Below are positions 16,266-30,044 of a stretch of DNA of 64,000 nucleotides, in pieces. Source of the DNA: the human T2T-CHM13v2.0 reference genome, Homo sapiens; the NCBI RefSeq assembly GCF_009914755.1, contig NC_060930.1, one strand, 5' to 3'. The notes below the pieces were generated by a model. It had not been told where the DNA came from and searched no databases. It was given only the letters and a program-made list of their open reading frames with translations. Both the position numbers and the translations under genes were made by a program. Position 1 is the stretch's first letter. Each line of letters starts with the position of its first letter.

Positions 16266-18296
16266 ACCAGTAATGACAATATAGTGTGACACATGAATAG
16301 GAGTTTGCACAAAGTCCTTTGGAGTCCCATAAGAAGCAAGAACAAATTGGAATGAGAAGCAGACTGGTCACAGACATATAAATTGAGACTCAAAAGGAGG
16401 AATAGACATTTTCCAAGAAGTGGAAGGAGGTAGACCAGGAAGGCCTTTTCAGGGATAATACAGAAAAGTGAAGGCCAGCAGGAGTGAGGCATATGGGGGG
16501 AAGGAAGTGGACTATGGGTACTTTGTTCAACAGTGTTAGACTCTCTTCAGAAGCTAACAGCCTTATTCTTGTGTGGGGAGTGCCAGAAGAAAAGGTAAGT
16601 GTTAGTTGCATATAATTTACATCTCCACTGCTACAGAAACCAAGAGCTTTTTTTGTTTGTTTGTTTCGTTTTTGTTGGGGGGGAATAGGTAAGTAGACTC
16701 TCAATCAAAATCACCTTTACATTTTTCTTTGAAAGTGATCAGTTTTAAGTCACTGTAAGTAATTTTCAAACATATAAGCTGATTTTGGAAGCAATGCTGG
16801 TTCTTTCAGAAGAGTTATTTCAGTAAGCCTTCCTAGTTCATAAAATTGATTTTGTTGGTTTCCAAAGCTACTTTGGGTGAAAATAAAACTGACTTTCAAT
16901 CTAGAAGGAGTTCTTAGCTGTTGTAGACACTGTCTTATTTTCATTGGATTGTTTGAATACACAAATAACACAATTGATAATAGTGCAACAACCATGCAGC
17001 TTGATCCCCATTTCTTCTACAAATGCTAAAAAAACCCCACAAACCAAAAAATAAAACTCTATTGGCTCGCTAACAAAAAAATAAGTGGAAAAATGTCCAA
17101 TTAGTTCATGATGCAGGTGTGAAGAAAAAGAGCTGGCTATTTCTGTCTTCTCATGTCAGAAAAGAGCTGAACTTTGACCTTAGAAGATGAGTAATAACAT
17201 GTGTTTGAAGCAGTCTGATTGAAGGAAGGCACCCAAAAAAGCCTAGGGTTATTGGAAACGGCAAGTAAAATAATAACAAATGTGTTGTCATAACAAAACA
17301 AGCTGGAGGCTTCCCAAGGTAGAGGAAAGATGATTATTTTATAGAATGCAAAAGCTGAAAGAAGGGGCTGGAACTCATGGATTGAAGGCATGAGCTAAGA
17401 CCTTTTACATATATTAGTTTTTTAATTCTCTGGAAAGTAGATATGATCCCTCCCATTTTATGGATGAGAACACTAAGGTTTTGATGTCTTATAATTTGGG
17501 TGTGGTGGTCTCTAGTCTATGCATGGAAATATTCTAGGCATGTGTACTGCTGTTTCTTGCTCAGGTATCCACAAGAGATGTCATGCAATGCACAGCCTAG
17601 CTGTTAGGCCTGGGCTGATCACTCCTCTTATTTTACGGATTAAGGAAAGGGAGATGTGAAGAGTAAGTGCTTGTTCCAAATCACGCAGGGAGTTAATGAC
17701 ACCAGCTAAGGTTAGGAACCCTTGTCTGGATTCTTAGTGAGGTCAGCTTCCCATTGGTCCACTGCACCTACTTTCTACCCCTTCTGTATACTGCGTCGTA
17801 TACAGAAAAGAGACTTAGGCTTAATGTATTTTAATGGGGGCATTAAAAATATATTTTTGCAACTCCCTGCCATGATTATATAAGTCACAAAGTTATCAAT
17901 TTGACAAAAGCAAGATAGAGACGGAATGTGGATAGCTGAGAGGCACTTAGGGTTTATTTAACCAGTGAGGTTTATTTAACCAGTGAAGTGCAGTATTGAA
18001 AGGCAGAGTGGTAAAGAGGTTTTGCACAGGAAGGAAGAGATTTAGTTTGCTTCTCCTTCAGTCACTTATTAAATAGAGAGCCTTGGGTCATAACAAGCCA
18101 AAGCTGTCACATACATGAAAGGGAACCAATAGCATCGTGCCTCCCTCAAGAAGTTGTAATGGAACCTCCCATCCTGGTTCAGCGAGGTGATTGTGTTTCT
18201 ATTTTCCACAGAGAATGCCAAGAGTTGGAAAGTCAGGAATAAAGTTCCCAAAGATTTTGTGAATGGGAATCATTCATTTGTTTCTCCTAGGAGAGT

Positions 18297-18321
18297 TAAA
18301 CAAAACAAAACAAAACAAAAA
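18297..18321 (+). repeat. (AAAAC)n microsatellite
   Basis: Read directly. Confidence 0.85.
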
Positions 18322-19204
18322 TCTCTCAGGTGCCAATGATTTTGGAAAATACTGTTTGAAAAGCAGTACATTTTATGACCCTGTTTGCAGAATTGTGAAT
18401 TAGTAAGTGCTTGTAGCCTAAGGCCAAAATATCCCAGTATGTGTAAAAGTTTTTAGAAACTATACATCTATCACTGTTTTCTAACGTTTCACGGTAATTT
18501 GCATTCACTGGGGAATTAAATGGATCTGTGATACACATTTAATTTATTCTGTCGGTAATGGCATGTTTTAAGGGGACTCAAAGTAATCATAATAATGGCA
18601 AGCCAACAAATCTTTGACAATTAGCATAGCAATGAATGTAAAAACGCGGGCGGGGGAAATGAAGGTATTTTTCAGAGGTCATTTCCAAGAACGTTTTATA
18701 CATTTACATGATATATAGCCAAACTAGAAATTCCGTGTAGTCTGTGCAAGTGACACTCATGTTAAAATCAACAAGAACAGTAGAAACAATTTGAAAAATG
18801 ACTTAAAAATGCAGTTATTGGGAAAAGAAAGCCAATGAAACAATTGCTGAATAAAAACAAGCATGATTGTAGTTAATACTTTTGAGATTCCCCTAATAAG
18901 AAAGAATTATGTATAAGAATCTAGTGTAAATCTGTTTCTAAAAGATTTAGGTGTATGGCTTATTGCAGACTAATGCTTTTGTAGAAAAGGAAGAATCTGT
19001 GTTTTCAAAGTGTCCAAAGTTATGTCAAATTGTACTTAAACCTTGAGGTAGAGACAAAAATGCAGGAAAAGGTACATATTCTTGTCATGATTCGCTAATT
19101 AACTCATTAATTGTTCTGATAGTCTTGGAATTTCCATTTACCTAGAACTTAAAATTGTTGTTTTCAACTTTAGTGTGTGTAGGAATAACACAAAGGGCTA
19201 AACA

Positions 19205-19335
19205 TGGGTATTCCAGGACCCCATCGCAATTTTGATTTGTTAAATTTGGGGGAAGGCTTTGAAATCTGCATTTTAACAAACCTTAGCTGAGATTCAGATT
19301 AGGTAAACTGTAGCCCACATCTGGAGAAAGAAACA
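19205..19335. mobile_element. MER5-like hAT MITE
   Basis: gaaatctgcattttaacaaacc...ccacatctggagaaa. Confidence 0.55.
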
Positions 19336-19428
19336 CAGCAGTAGACCAATTCCTAAGGGTGAACTCTGAAATTATACCTTTATTTTGGAGTGGCTGGTTG
19401 GAAATAACATATGCTCTCATATATGGCC

Positions 19429-19611
19429 TTTTTTTTTTTTTTTTTGAGGTGGAGTCTGGCTCTGTCGCTCAGGCTGTAGTGCAGTAGTGCGTTCTTGGCT
19501 CACTGCAACCTCTGCCTCCCGAGTTCAAGTGATTGTTTTGTCTCAGCCTCCCAAGTAACTGGGATTACAGGCATGCGCCACCATGCCCGGCTAATTTTTT
19601 TGTATTTTTAG
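19429..19611 (-). mobile_element. Truncated Alu (right arm plus linker)
   Basis: polyT and right monomer; sequence stops at the linker tgtatttttag. Confidence 0.88.
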
Positions 19612-20529
19612 GATTAGCATGAAATCTTACCATATTCCTGTGTCTGGCAGCACAGAGGAAGGATAGAAAAACAGTTCCTGTTGCTGGGAAAATCCCCATT
19701 TCCTCATATTTAAAATGAGAGTTGGACTAAATGCTGTCTACATTCCCCTGTAATTCCAATACTTTAAATATGTATCTGATGCCTGGCAAATATTTCTTGA
19801 AAACTGTGACTCATGTATTGGCTAGTGTGGAGGATGGAATGAGCCTGGAAAAAATAGAAAGGAGGCTTCAGGCCATAAAATCAGTTAAAAAGTTTCCTAA
19901 GACTCCCCTTCCTGCCCTCACTCTTCAGTCACAAGGTAGGGAGCCTCGAATGGCAATTATATATGAACTCTATGTTCAAATGAAAAAGATTTTATCTTGT
20001 TAACTTTGAAAAACTTTTCAAGCAACCATCTACATATCATTATCAGTCATTAGATGTATTTGTTGCCAAGCTGCCATCTCTGTGTTGATGGCTGATAGTA
20101 TACATAAACACCATGCTTAGAATAAATTTTAATAATTCTGTAACCAACAACATGAACACAACCAACATCAATTTGTGCTACCATAATTTAATTCAGAAGG
20201 TTCCCATTTGACTCTGTTAGGTAATAAGCTAATTTCTTTGGTGCTGTTGTAATCATTTTTTGTTTTTTGTTTAACATATGTGGCAGGGACTGTGACATTA
20301 AGTCACATAAAACAATAATGGGCTGTTGAATACTGAAAACTATTGGAGGAGTCATGCCTTACTTTATTTTACATGATGTAAGTGGATTAAAAATAACCTG
20401 TTGATTGAGAGTTGATTCTAGTCACAAACATGTACTTTAATATTTTTTTTAAAAGTGTATTGCTCAGTGAAAGACATTTGCAAATAGTTGTAGCAAAGAC
20501 TATGAATATAAGATCGAGTTTCCTAATTC

Positions 20530-20850
20530 ATGCACTTTCTCACTCAATTGTGAACTACACTCTTGGCACTAGACAGAGAAATGGGGGAAAATGCCAGTTG
20601 AAGTTTCTTTTCTCATGGGGTTTCATACTAAGGGGTTAGAAAGACATAAATAAGGAAATAAATATGTAATACAGCAAATGCTAAGCAGAAAATAAAATAG
20701 GGTAGGGGACAAAAGGTGGAGAGAATTTTACACTGATTTGTCAAAGAAGCCATTCTAATGAGGTGACAATTGTGCAGAGACCTGATAAAGAATGAGCTAT
20801 AAAAATATTAGGGAAAGCAAGTTCCAGGCAGTGGCAACAGCAACCAAAAT
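20530..20850 (-). mobile_element. L2 fragment
   Basis: aatgaggtgacaattgtgcagagacctga...agggaaagcaagttccaggcagtggcaacagca. Confidence 0.55.
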
Positions 20851-21421
20851 ATCTGAAATATTCTAAAAAGTACAGTACGAATTTGAAGAACTTAGAACCT
20901 GGGCTTTTTGAAAAATTTTGGAGGATCTTCTATAGCATAAGTTCTCCTTTTTCTATTAAGCCTCTTTGACCACTCAAACGCTATGGACCTCCTGTTCCCA
21001 TGAACTTATATAGAATTTTAGCTTGTAATTTAACACAACTAAATGCTATTTTTGTCTTGTTTTGAGGGGTGGTGTGGGGTTAATCTCATTTTCTTAGCTG
21101 CATTGCAAATTTATGAACAAAGAACATAGTTTGTGCTATTTCTGACATCAAAGCTTCTAGCCTCTGTGTCCTGGTGTTGAACATATGTTAGATCGTTAAT
21201 AAAGGTTATTTGATTACCCAAACACTGTATATGCAAAATTATGTGCAATGTAAAGTTTCTTAATGGGAAATATTTCCTTGTCAAGACCCTACAGGTGTGG
21301 TATGGAAATGCTGTTAGGATCAAATATTTTTATTTGCAACTGAAGGCACTCACCCCTTAGATATACAAAAGCCTACTAAAAAGGAGAAAAATATAACAAA
21401 TGAGGAGATATATTAAAAGAC

Positions 21422-21427
21422 TTTATT
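21422..21427 (-). terminator. Distal polyadenylation signal AATAAA
   Basis: TTTATT on +; upstream TGTA motifs and a downstream U/GU-rich tract (TTTGTTATATTTTTCTCCTTTTT) on the minus strand. Confidence 0.75.
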
Positions 21428-22480
21428 CACAATAGAGAAATTTTACAAATATAATTTTTAAAAATTATGTGTCAATCTATTGTTTCCCATAACATTGGAG
21501 ATTTATATATAAAGTTGAAAATGACAGAATGGATTTATGTAAAAATAAAAAACAATCAATGTACACAATGTGTAGCTCATATGAAAACCTCATGACAAGT
21601 CATTGAGTTCTGTAAACTGCCATACAACTTACATGTGTAATATTAATTGCACAAAGTATATCAAGACATATTGAAGAAACACAAAATTAAGTGCTATTTT
21701 AACGGTTCATCTTTCAGTATGTGAATACGTATACAAATTTAACTGCACAGTTTTGTTGAAAATAAGTTTCAACAATAAGACTTCAGTTGTTAAAATTAAC
21801 CCAAAATATAACTTTAATTAAATTACATCACTACAATATTAATCTCTTATCTTGTTTACATTTTTGGTGTTTTGGGACTTTTGTTAAAAAAAAATCCAAG
21901 TTCTAGAATTGCAAAAACTTCATTGTTGCCACTGAGAGAGCAACATATAGTACAGCTTCTTGTCTATTCACACCAGGACACCAAGGTACCTCATAGTGCA
22001 GTGTGTACACACAACCTGATTTTAATATTCTATCTGCTGCAGAAATACTTATCAGCTTTCAAATCAAAGTGAAAAGAAAATGAGTTAATTTAAATGGCAA
22101 ATTCAAGGACATTTATACAAACATTATATTCTTAATTTTGGCAATAATTTTTAATATTTTGCCTTAAAGTCCTGGGAACAAAGGGCTCTTGCTATCCATT
22201 CATTTCATTAGGTGAACTGAAGATATGAGTGGGAGAAGTTATTCTGGATCACAGACACACATTAGCATGGAAATAATGATGTACGGAAGAGTCTTTTTCA
22301 TTTACTAATTTTACTAATTTATTCTTTGACATACACCAATGTATGATATTGAAAAACAGAAAGCAGGTCATAAAGATGGTCCTGTCCGATAAAGGAAATC
22401 TTTTAAAACACTTTCAAAAGCTAAAATAACTAAAACTATTAAGCCTATTGATAGCTAAGAAAATAATTGTCTTCAATAAT

Positions 22481-22555
22481 ATTAGGTGGAACCATATGAA
22501 ACTGCTGACAGTTTTTAAACTACAAATGCAGCAATTTCATATGTTTCAGCCTAAT
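22481..22555. mobile_element. MADE2-like mariner MITE in the MAN1A1 3'UTR
   Basis: 27-bp inverted arms attaggtggaaccatatgaaactgctg / cagcaatttcatatgtttcagcctaat (23/27 complementary). Confidence 0.8.
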
Positions 22556-24018
22556 CCATGGGGTTGTACTGATCTTTCTGACCATTCTCGGCTGAAAATT
22601 CACATGGTCAAAGTCCTTGCCCTTCAGTATATGCATCGTATTAGCCCTTTCATGGAAGTATATCTACATAAATATATATGTATATATAGTGGGCCAATGT
22701 AAGCAAACACAAGGTATCACACCAAATCTATTCTTGAGAAAACCATTCCTATTTCAAACTTAATGTTTAAAAGAATCATATATTGATTTTGATTTACTCC
22801 AGGACTGTGGGGGATGGGGAGTGGCCATTTCTTTATATTTCTTCTAAGTTGTGATCTCTGTGTTGACTATAACCATACTAAATATGCTATATTCTTATTT
22901 GGCCTAAAATTTATTAGATTTTCCTTGATTGATCACGAATAAGTAAAATTGGCAAAGCTTCTTTCAGAGTCAAATCCTGCTTTCACAAACTGAAAGGAAA
23001 TAATTTACTACATCTGAGATAGAGCCTTTTTCAAATCTGAGAAATCTGAACCAAATAGAATGCTTTATTTTCCAAAGAAAAAAATCAAGATGAAATACAA
23101 ACAAGTGAACTAAAAGCCATATGAAATACCCTCTCTTTAGACAGACCCAATTTCTTCATATATTCAGTTAAACCCAAAAGCTAATCCATTAAGTTGTACT
23201 ATTTTCTTCAGATAAATGTAATTCAGTGATAGCAGAGCTCTGAAAAATTTGAAAGCTCACCTCTCTGTGTAGTAGGGAATGGAAGAAATTAACTAGTATA
23301 TAATCCAGAAATGACACAGGGCATTTAAAGTAAAATTAAAGGACACATTTACAAAATAGAAAACACTAATATAATTAACCAACAAAAATATACTGCAGTT
23401 CCGATGAAATGAGGTCAACATGACATGATCCTTTTGGAATGACTTTCTAATTTGAATTACAATGTGAGTGAAGTATTTTAGAAGACATTCTATCAAATAA
23501 TGATAGACCTGCATAAGGAGGCTGTCACAGAAGATCTGTCTCTGGTGGACAGACAAACCAGATTAACATGAAATTGTAAAGGAAAAAGCTTTTTTATACT
23601 TATTATTATGGCTTTTTGCAACATGGCAAAACATTACAGCTTAAAGCAGACATCATCTCCTCTTAGAGGAGGAAAAAGTTTTGCAGTCAAATCAAATTAT
23701 AATTAAGAGGTCATCGCTATACAATTCTATTCAGTTTAACAAAAACGATATTACACCTTCATGAAATCCAGAGATAATAGGTTACTTAAAAACATAAACA
23801 AAAAACTGGTGGATACACTGGCTGAATTAATAAAGGATATGATAAGGAATTTAGGTCCACCTATACCTATGATAATAAACATAAAAGACTGCAAAACAAT
23901 TTAAGAACTTAATCACAGACCTACTAATCAAAGTTCATCATGTGCCTGATCACCAGAAAAGGAATTATTAAGGTATACAGTGAAGGGAATGGAGCAGAAT
24001 AAAATATAAAATGTCTTT

Positions 24019-24237
<219 letters not shown>

Positions 24238-24510
24238 TCATCTTACCAAGAAACATGGACAAGAGTCAAATATATCAAAACCCTGAGGGGTTATACTCAT
24301 TAACATGGGGTAAAGCAGCTACTCGGTGCTTTGGTGTTAGCAGTACCAAGTCACTGAACCTAGTTATTGAGAATATACCTGCAATTATAGCCATGCCTGA
24401 TATTCTGAATCAGGCATACTTGATATTACTTGAATGTGTTCATGATAAAGACATCTACAAAGATCTGTTCAGGTACCTTAGCCACATGGTTTTAGAATAA
24501 TTTTCACCTA

Positions 24511-24627
<117 letters not shown>

Positions 24628-24686
24628 CTAAATTATAAAGAGGAGGAAAAAAAATAGTCACATTTCAGTAAACTGATTGTCACTAA

Positions 24687-25017
<331 letters not shown>

Positions 25018-25229
25018 AAAATTTATTTTTTACAAATTGGATTCAAATTAAATGAAAGTTTGTTATAGAGTTTTAGGTAAAAAAAAATTAAAACCATAAA
25101 CTAAATGTAAATAAAAAATGAAGTCATAGAACATATGGACCACATATCTTACCTAATTTGAAACACTTCTGCCTTTAGTTTTGGAAAAATTTTTCACTGA
25201 TTTTTACCAATTCCCCCTATGGTCTGGAG

Positions 25230-25445
25230 CAGGGTTTAGCAAAGTATGAACTATAGGCTAAATCCAGTCCACTGTTTATTTTTGTAAATAAACTTTTATT
25301 AAACCACAGCCATGTTGTTTAAATATTGTCTGTGGCTGTTTTTGTACTACAATGACAGAGCTAAGTAGATGCAAAAGAGACTAGCTGGCTGTCCCCCAAG
25401 CCTGATATTGTCTGGCCCTTAACAGAAAGAGTTTGCTGACCCCTA
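25230..25445 (+). mobile_element. MER58A-like hAT-Charlie element
   Basis: cagggtttagcaaa...tttgctgacccct TIRs; 8-bp TSD GT(C/T)TGGAG at 25222-25229 and 25446-25453. Confidence 0.8.
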
Positions 25446-25914
25446 GTTTGGAGAGACTGCTAATGTCAACTGGGATCATAAACCACTGGTTGAGAAACCG
25501 TACTGGAACAAAATCAGCTGCTTCTATAATCAGAGTATCTGAGTTTCTGAAAATTGATTGTAGGGTACTCATCAGTGATATTGGTAACAGAGCTAAAAGA
25601 AGAAAATGAAAGACAGTGAGAGACATGTGGCTGGGATCTATTCCTAAAATACATGTTTTTTTTTTTTCAGTCTAGTATGGAAGAAGATGGGATGACTCCA
25701 CTGACAACTCTCTAGAGAGAAATGATCCTACATTTCTGTAGTTGTCTGAATTTAATGAATATTTGGAAAACAGATGGGTTGGGCAGTGTGAGGATGAACA
25801 TTTAGGTAACAACCTAAACCAACCTGCCTTCCACTTTGTTGGTTACCACTAAGATGGCTGCTGTTTGTGTTTTCTTTTTCCCTTTCAGAGCCCACTTTCT
25901 TTCTTTTGTTTGTT

Positions 25915-26730
25915 TCTATTTTTCTTTAACCTTTTTCCAGCTTTACCGATGTATGACAAATACAAATAGTATATACTGGAAGGTGTACAGTGTGATGTTT
26001 TGATATACACTACTTCTGTGGATATACACCATCTTCTGTGGTGGATATACATCATCTTCTGATGTGGATACACATCATCTTCTGTGGATATACACCAAGA
26101 ATTAGGATTGCTGGATCATATGGTAGCTCTATTTTTAATTTTTTGAGAAACCTCCATACTGTTTTCCATAATGGCTATATCAATTTTCATTGCCACCAAC
26201 AGTGTACAAAGGTTCCCTTTATTCTGCATCCTCACTAAGACTGATTACCTCTTGAATTTTTGATAATAGCCATTTAAAAAGGTATGAGGTGATATCTCAC
26301 TGTGGTTCTAATCTGCATTTCCCTGATGATTTGTGATGTTGAGCATCTTTTCACTACTGGCCATCTGTATGTCTTCTTTGGAAAAATGTCTCTTCAGGTC
26401 CTTTGCCTATTTTGAAATCAGGTTGTTTTTCTGCTACTGAATTGTAAGTTCCTTATATATTTTGGATATTAACCCCTTATCAGATATATGGTTTGCACAC
26501 ATTTTTGTTGTGTTTTTAGTTGATTGTTTCCTTTGCTGTAAGGAAACTTTTTAGTTTGATGTAGTTTCATGTGTTTATGTTTGCTTTTGTTGCCTGTGTT
26601 TTTGGGTCGAATCCAAAAAATCATTGCCAAGCTCAATGTCAAGGAGCTTTTCCCCTGTTGTTTTCTCCTAGGAGTTTTATGGTTTCAGGTCTTACATTTA
26701 AGTCTTTAATTCATTTTGAGTTGTTTTTTT
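25915..26730 (-). mobile_element. Old L1 (L1MA-like) 3' part, internally deleted
   Basis: ggattgctggatcatatggtagctctatttttaattttttgagaaacctccatactgttttccataatggc and following ORF2-end sequence. Confidence 0.85.
26001..26097 (+). repeat. ~20-23 bp minisatellite (TGGATATACACCATCTTCTG), about 4.5 copies
   Basis: Read directly. Confidence 0.85.
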
Positions 26731-29089
26731 TTTTGTGCTGTTTATATTTTGAAATTACATTTGTTGCTCTGCTAGTTACCAGGCATATTCATCTCTAGGA
26801 AAGTTATTTTCTGCCATCACATCCTACTAATCCTATTAATTATATGGTCAAATAAAAATTTCCATCGTACAAAAATTGCCATCTGCAATCTGGTTCTCAT
26901 TTATTGACTGTAGACAAAAATAATAAAGTTTAAGACTAAAACCCTAATATATTTTATAGTGAAATAAAGAAAATGTAAACAAGATATACTTACTCTTAGT
27001 TTCTCATGTCATTTTTCACTTACGTTTCAGTTTTCCCCTGTGGATCATAATTCTGTCCCTCTTTTTTTTTTACATATATAATTGTACCCCATTTTTCTCC
27101 CATTTAATCCAACTACCAAGAAGATGGAAAGCATAGACTTTGCCTTATCAGTTGAGAAAAACCTTCTCTGGCTAGAAAGGATTTTGGAGGAAAATAAGGC
27201 TCTAAGAATGTAGAGCCCAGAAAAGAGGCGAGGGAAAGTAAGTACCAGCCACGGATTCTCATGAGCAGAGATGTTGCACTGAGAGCTCAGCTCCCATCTG
27301 CAGATACTGATAATGAGGTTATTGATTTTTCACATCAGGGCTGGAGGACAGAAGGGAGAGAGCAGAGAGACTATGAGGAGAAGCATTTAATTACCTGGTT
27401 AAAGAAATTCTGGCCAGCAGGCCACATGAATAAAGAAAATAAAGAAAATGCCTCATGATTTCATACTTTTAAAAAGCCCCGAAGAAAATAAGACCGATCA
27501 ACTTAAAAACAGATGCTTCGATTAAATTCTAAGTTCCAGACAGTGCGTCAAATGGAGGATGAGCGTGAAGAAAGAAACTTTCAAGTCCTATTATTTTTTC
27601 TTTCCTCCTTTTTTTTTGACAAAGAGTCAAATACCAGATATGTAGAGTAAGCCAAAAATTATTGGTTAAAAAAAGGAAAAAAATCAGAATTTAGAAAAAA
27701 TGGGCAAGGTTTTTATGGGAAACCCTATTTCCGGATATTTCTTTAAACAGATTTTAATCCCAAAACCTTTTCTTAGTTGTTCCCTTGAGGTTTTTTGGTA
27801 ATGAGCTAATGAGAGGGCCAGCCATGATAAACAGCCACTCCTCCTCTCCATGGAAACTGCTCTAAGCTCCTTCTTTTGTTAGAGGAGTTGCTTTTGGGGT
27901 GGACAATGCCTAATCACCTTTCTTTCTAGTTCACCCTCTCATTCTTGTTCCCCACAAGTCCTCTTGGGGTAAGCTATAGTATTCAAGAACACAGCCAAAA
28001 ATTTTGAGTAGTGGGCCAACTTCCAGCTTGAGACCCCCTTATCAGTGGCCCCAGAGGTTCCATGTCCCAGGCAGCATCTTCCTTCTCAACATGGGGTTGT
28101 ACGTGAGAATAAAACAAAATGAAGAAATGCTTAGACAATAACAAGGGCTTCAGAGGTTTAGAGAGGCCCAGTCACTTTGCTTTTGAAGTTTTTGGTAAAT
28201 TAAAAAAAAAAATTTTTTTTTAAAGGAAAAGCACCCAAGAACTCCCCCTCACCCCTTACGCAAAAGTCTAGATTTTAAGACTTTAGGAACGTGAAGCTGG
28301 GGACAAATAGCTTTCCTGGGCCCTTACAACAGCCCTGATTCTATCAGCATCTCAACAGTGGAAGCTGTCATGTGTTTGTATGACTAAGTCTAACCAGATC
28401 ATCATTGTACTATAATCTGTTCTTGGGATTCTCAGCCTCTAGGCATGGGGACCACCTTGGTTTTGAGTAAATGCTTCTATTATTAGTGATCCTATGTGAC
28501 TGGGATGTGCTAATAGCAGAGAACAGGATATGAGAATGTTTATAATGATTGGAGCTCTAAACAAAGGATGAAGGGTAGGTAAGAAAATAGCAAGCATCAT
28601 GAGTTAAATCCTAAGTCAGAGGACAGAAGAGTATTCTCTTGCCTACCAGATATATAAATGGCTGATCCGTGGAGTAAGGCTGTCTGCTTGAGTGTCGTCT
28701 GAACTCAAGGATAGAACACAGAGAATCAGGCACCTTGAACAAATCAAAGAGGGTTTGGAAACAGGATGAAGCCTGAGGAGGCAGGAGTAGGAAGGAGGAA
28801 AAGAAGTCACTTCCTGAGAGTCGAAATGTCTGAGTGGAAAAGGTTAGGTTTAGAAGAGCAAAGAAAATGTCTGTGCAAAAAAACAAAACCAAAAAACCTG
28901 AAACTACCAAAAAAAAACCCCCTAAAGCCAAAAAAAAATCCCAAATCCCGAGGTAAGGCTTTACCCTTTACCATAGATCAGCTGAGACATTATATAATCT
29001 ATGTGAATATATACATACAATATTCTGATAAAGCTCATGCTGTAAGTTATCAGATGTTTAAATGGAAGGAATTTGTCAATTTCTCATGA

Positions 29090-29387
29090 TTTTTTTTTTT
29101 TAAATTTTCGAGAGAGTCTCGCTCTGTTGCTCAGGCTGGCGTGCAGCGGTGTGATCTTAGCTCAAAATAACCTTGAACTCCTGGGCTCAAGTGATCCTCC
29201 CTCTTCAGCCTCCTGAGTAGCTAGGGACTATAGGAGTGTGCCAGCATGACGGGCTAATTTTTAAATTTTGTAAAGACAGGGTGATGACTTGTTGCCCAGG
29301 CTGATCTCAAACTCCTATCCTTGAGCCATCCTCCCACCTCGGCCTCCCAACATGCTGGGATTACAGGCTTGAGCCACCACGCCTGGC
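29090..29387 (-). mobile_element. AluJ
   Basis: Diverged dimer with J-type features. Confidence 0.88.
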
Positions 29388-29787
29388 TTTCATGACATTT
29401 TTGAGAAAAAGCAAAAGAAATTATCAGTTAAATATTATTTCTGTCAGGCAGACTCACAAGTGCTTGAACACCGGTGATTAATGGAGTGCTGTTAACCCAC
29501 AAAAGAACTCTCTAGTGTTGTACTGCTGGATTATATACCTTTTCACATCTTATTTGACATTATTATTAGAAATTTAATTAAGACACAGAAAGCAGGTTTC
29601 TCAAGTGTATCAGTGAAAGAAGGCTGGGAAGGGAGTGCTTTGTTAGAAGATAGGAAGACGGCTTACAAATACTTTACAAACTGAAAGTATGGGTGAAAAA
29701 GCACAGTGCAAAGGAGATGTGACTCAACGGTAGCAAATGGAGAAGCTAACACTGACCATAATTTCAATATAAGCCAGTTTTTTTTTT

Positions 29788-30044
29788 ATTTTTTTGGAGT
29801 TGGAGTCTTGCTCTGTCCCTCAGGTTCGAGTGCAGTGGCGTGATCTCGGCTCATTGCAAGCTCCGCCTCCTGGGTTCATGCCATTCTCCTGCCTCAGCCT
29901 CCTGAGTAGCTGGGACTACAGGCGCCCGCCACCACGCCTGGTTAATTTTTTTTTGTACTTTTAGTAGAGACGGGGTTTCACCGTGTTAGCCAGGATGGTC
30001 TCGATCTCCTGACCATGATCATGATCCACCCCCTTTGGCCTCCC
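29788..30044 (-). mobile_element. 5'-truncated AluY-like
   Basis: AluY diagnostics; lacks the first ~40 nt; flanked by CCAG+polyT on both sides. Confidence 0.88.

Larger units (their letters stand above)
21405..24018 (-). other. MAN1A1: MAN1A1 3'UTR (~2.6 kb, AU-rich)
   Basis: AT-rich, nearly repeat-free sequence from the stop codon to the distal AATAAA; the 3' end is approximate. Confidence 0.75.

Noticed and set aside
15940-16500. Oppositely oriented L2 pieces as a miR-28/151-like hairpin
   Set aside because: The adjacent fragments are not complementary parts of L2; no convincing stem
26001-26097. Short repeats as a CRISPR-like array
   Set aside because: Tandem units with no unique spacers, in eukaryotic L1 context
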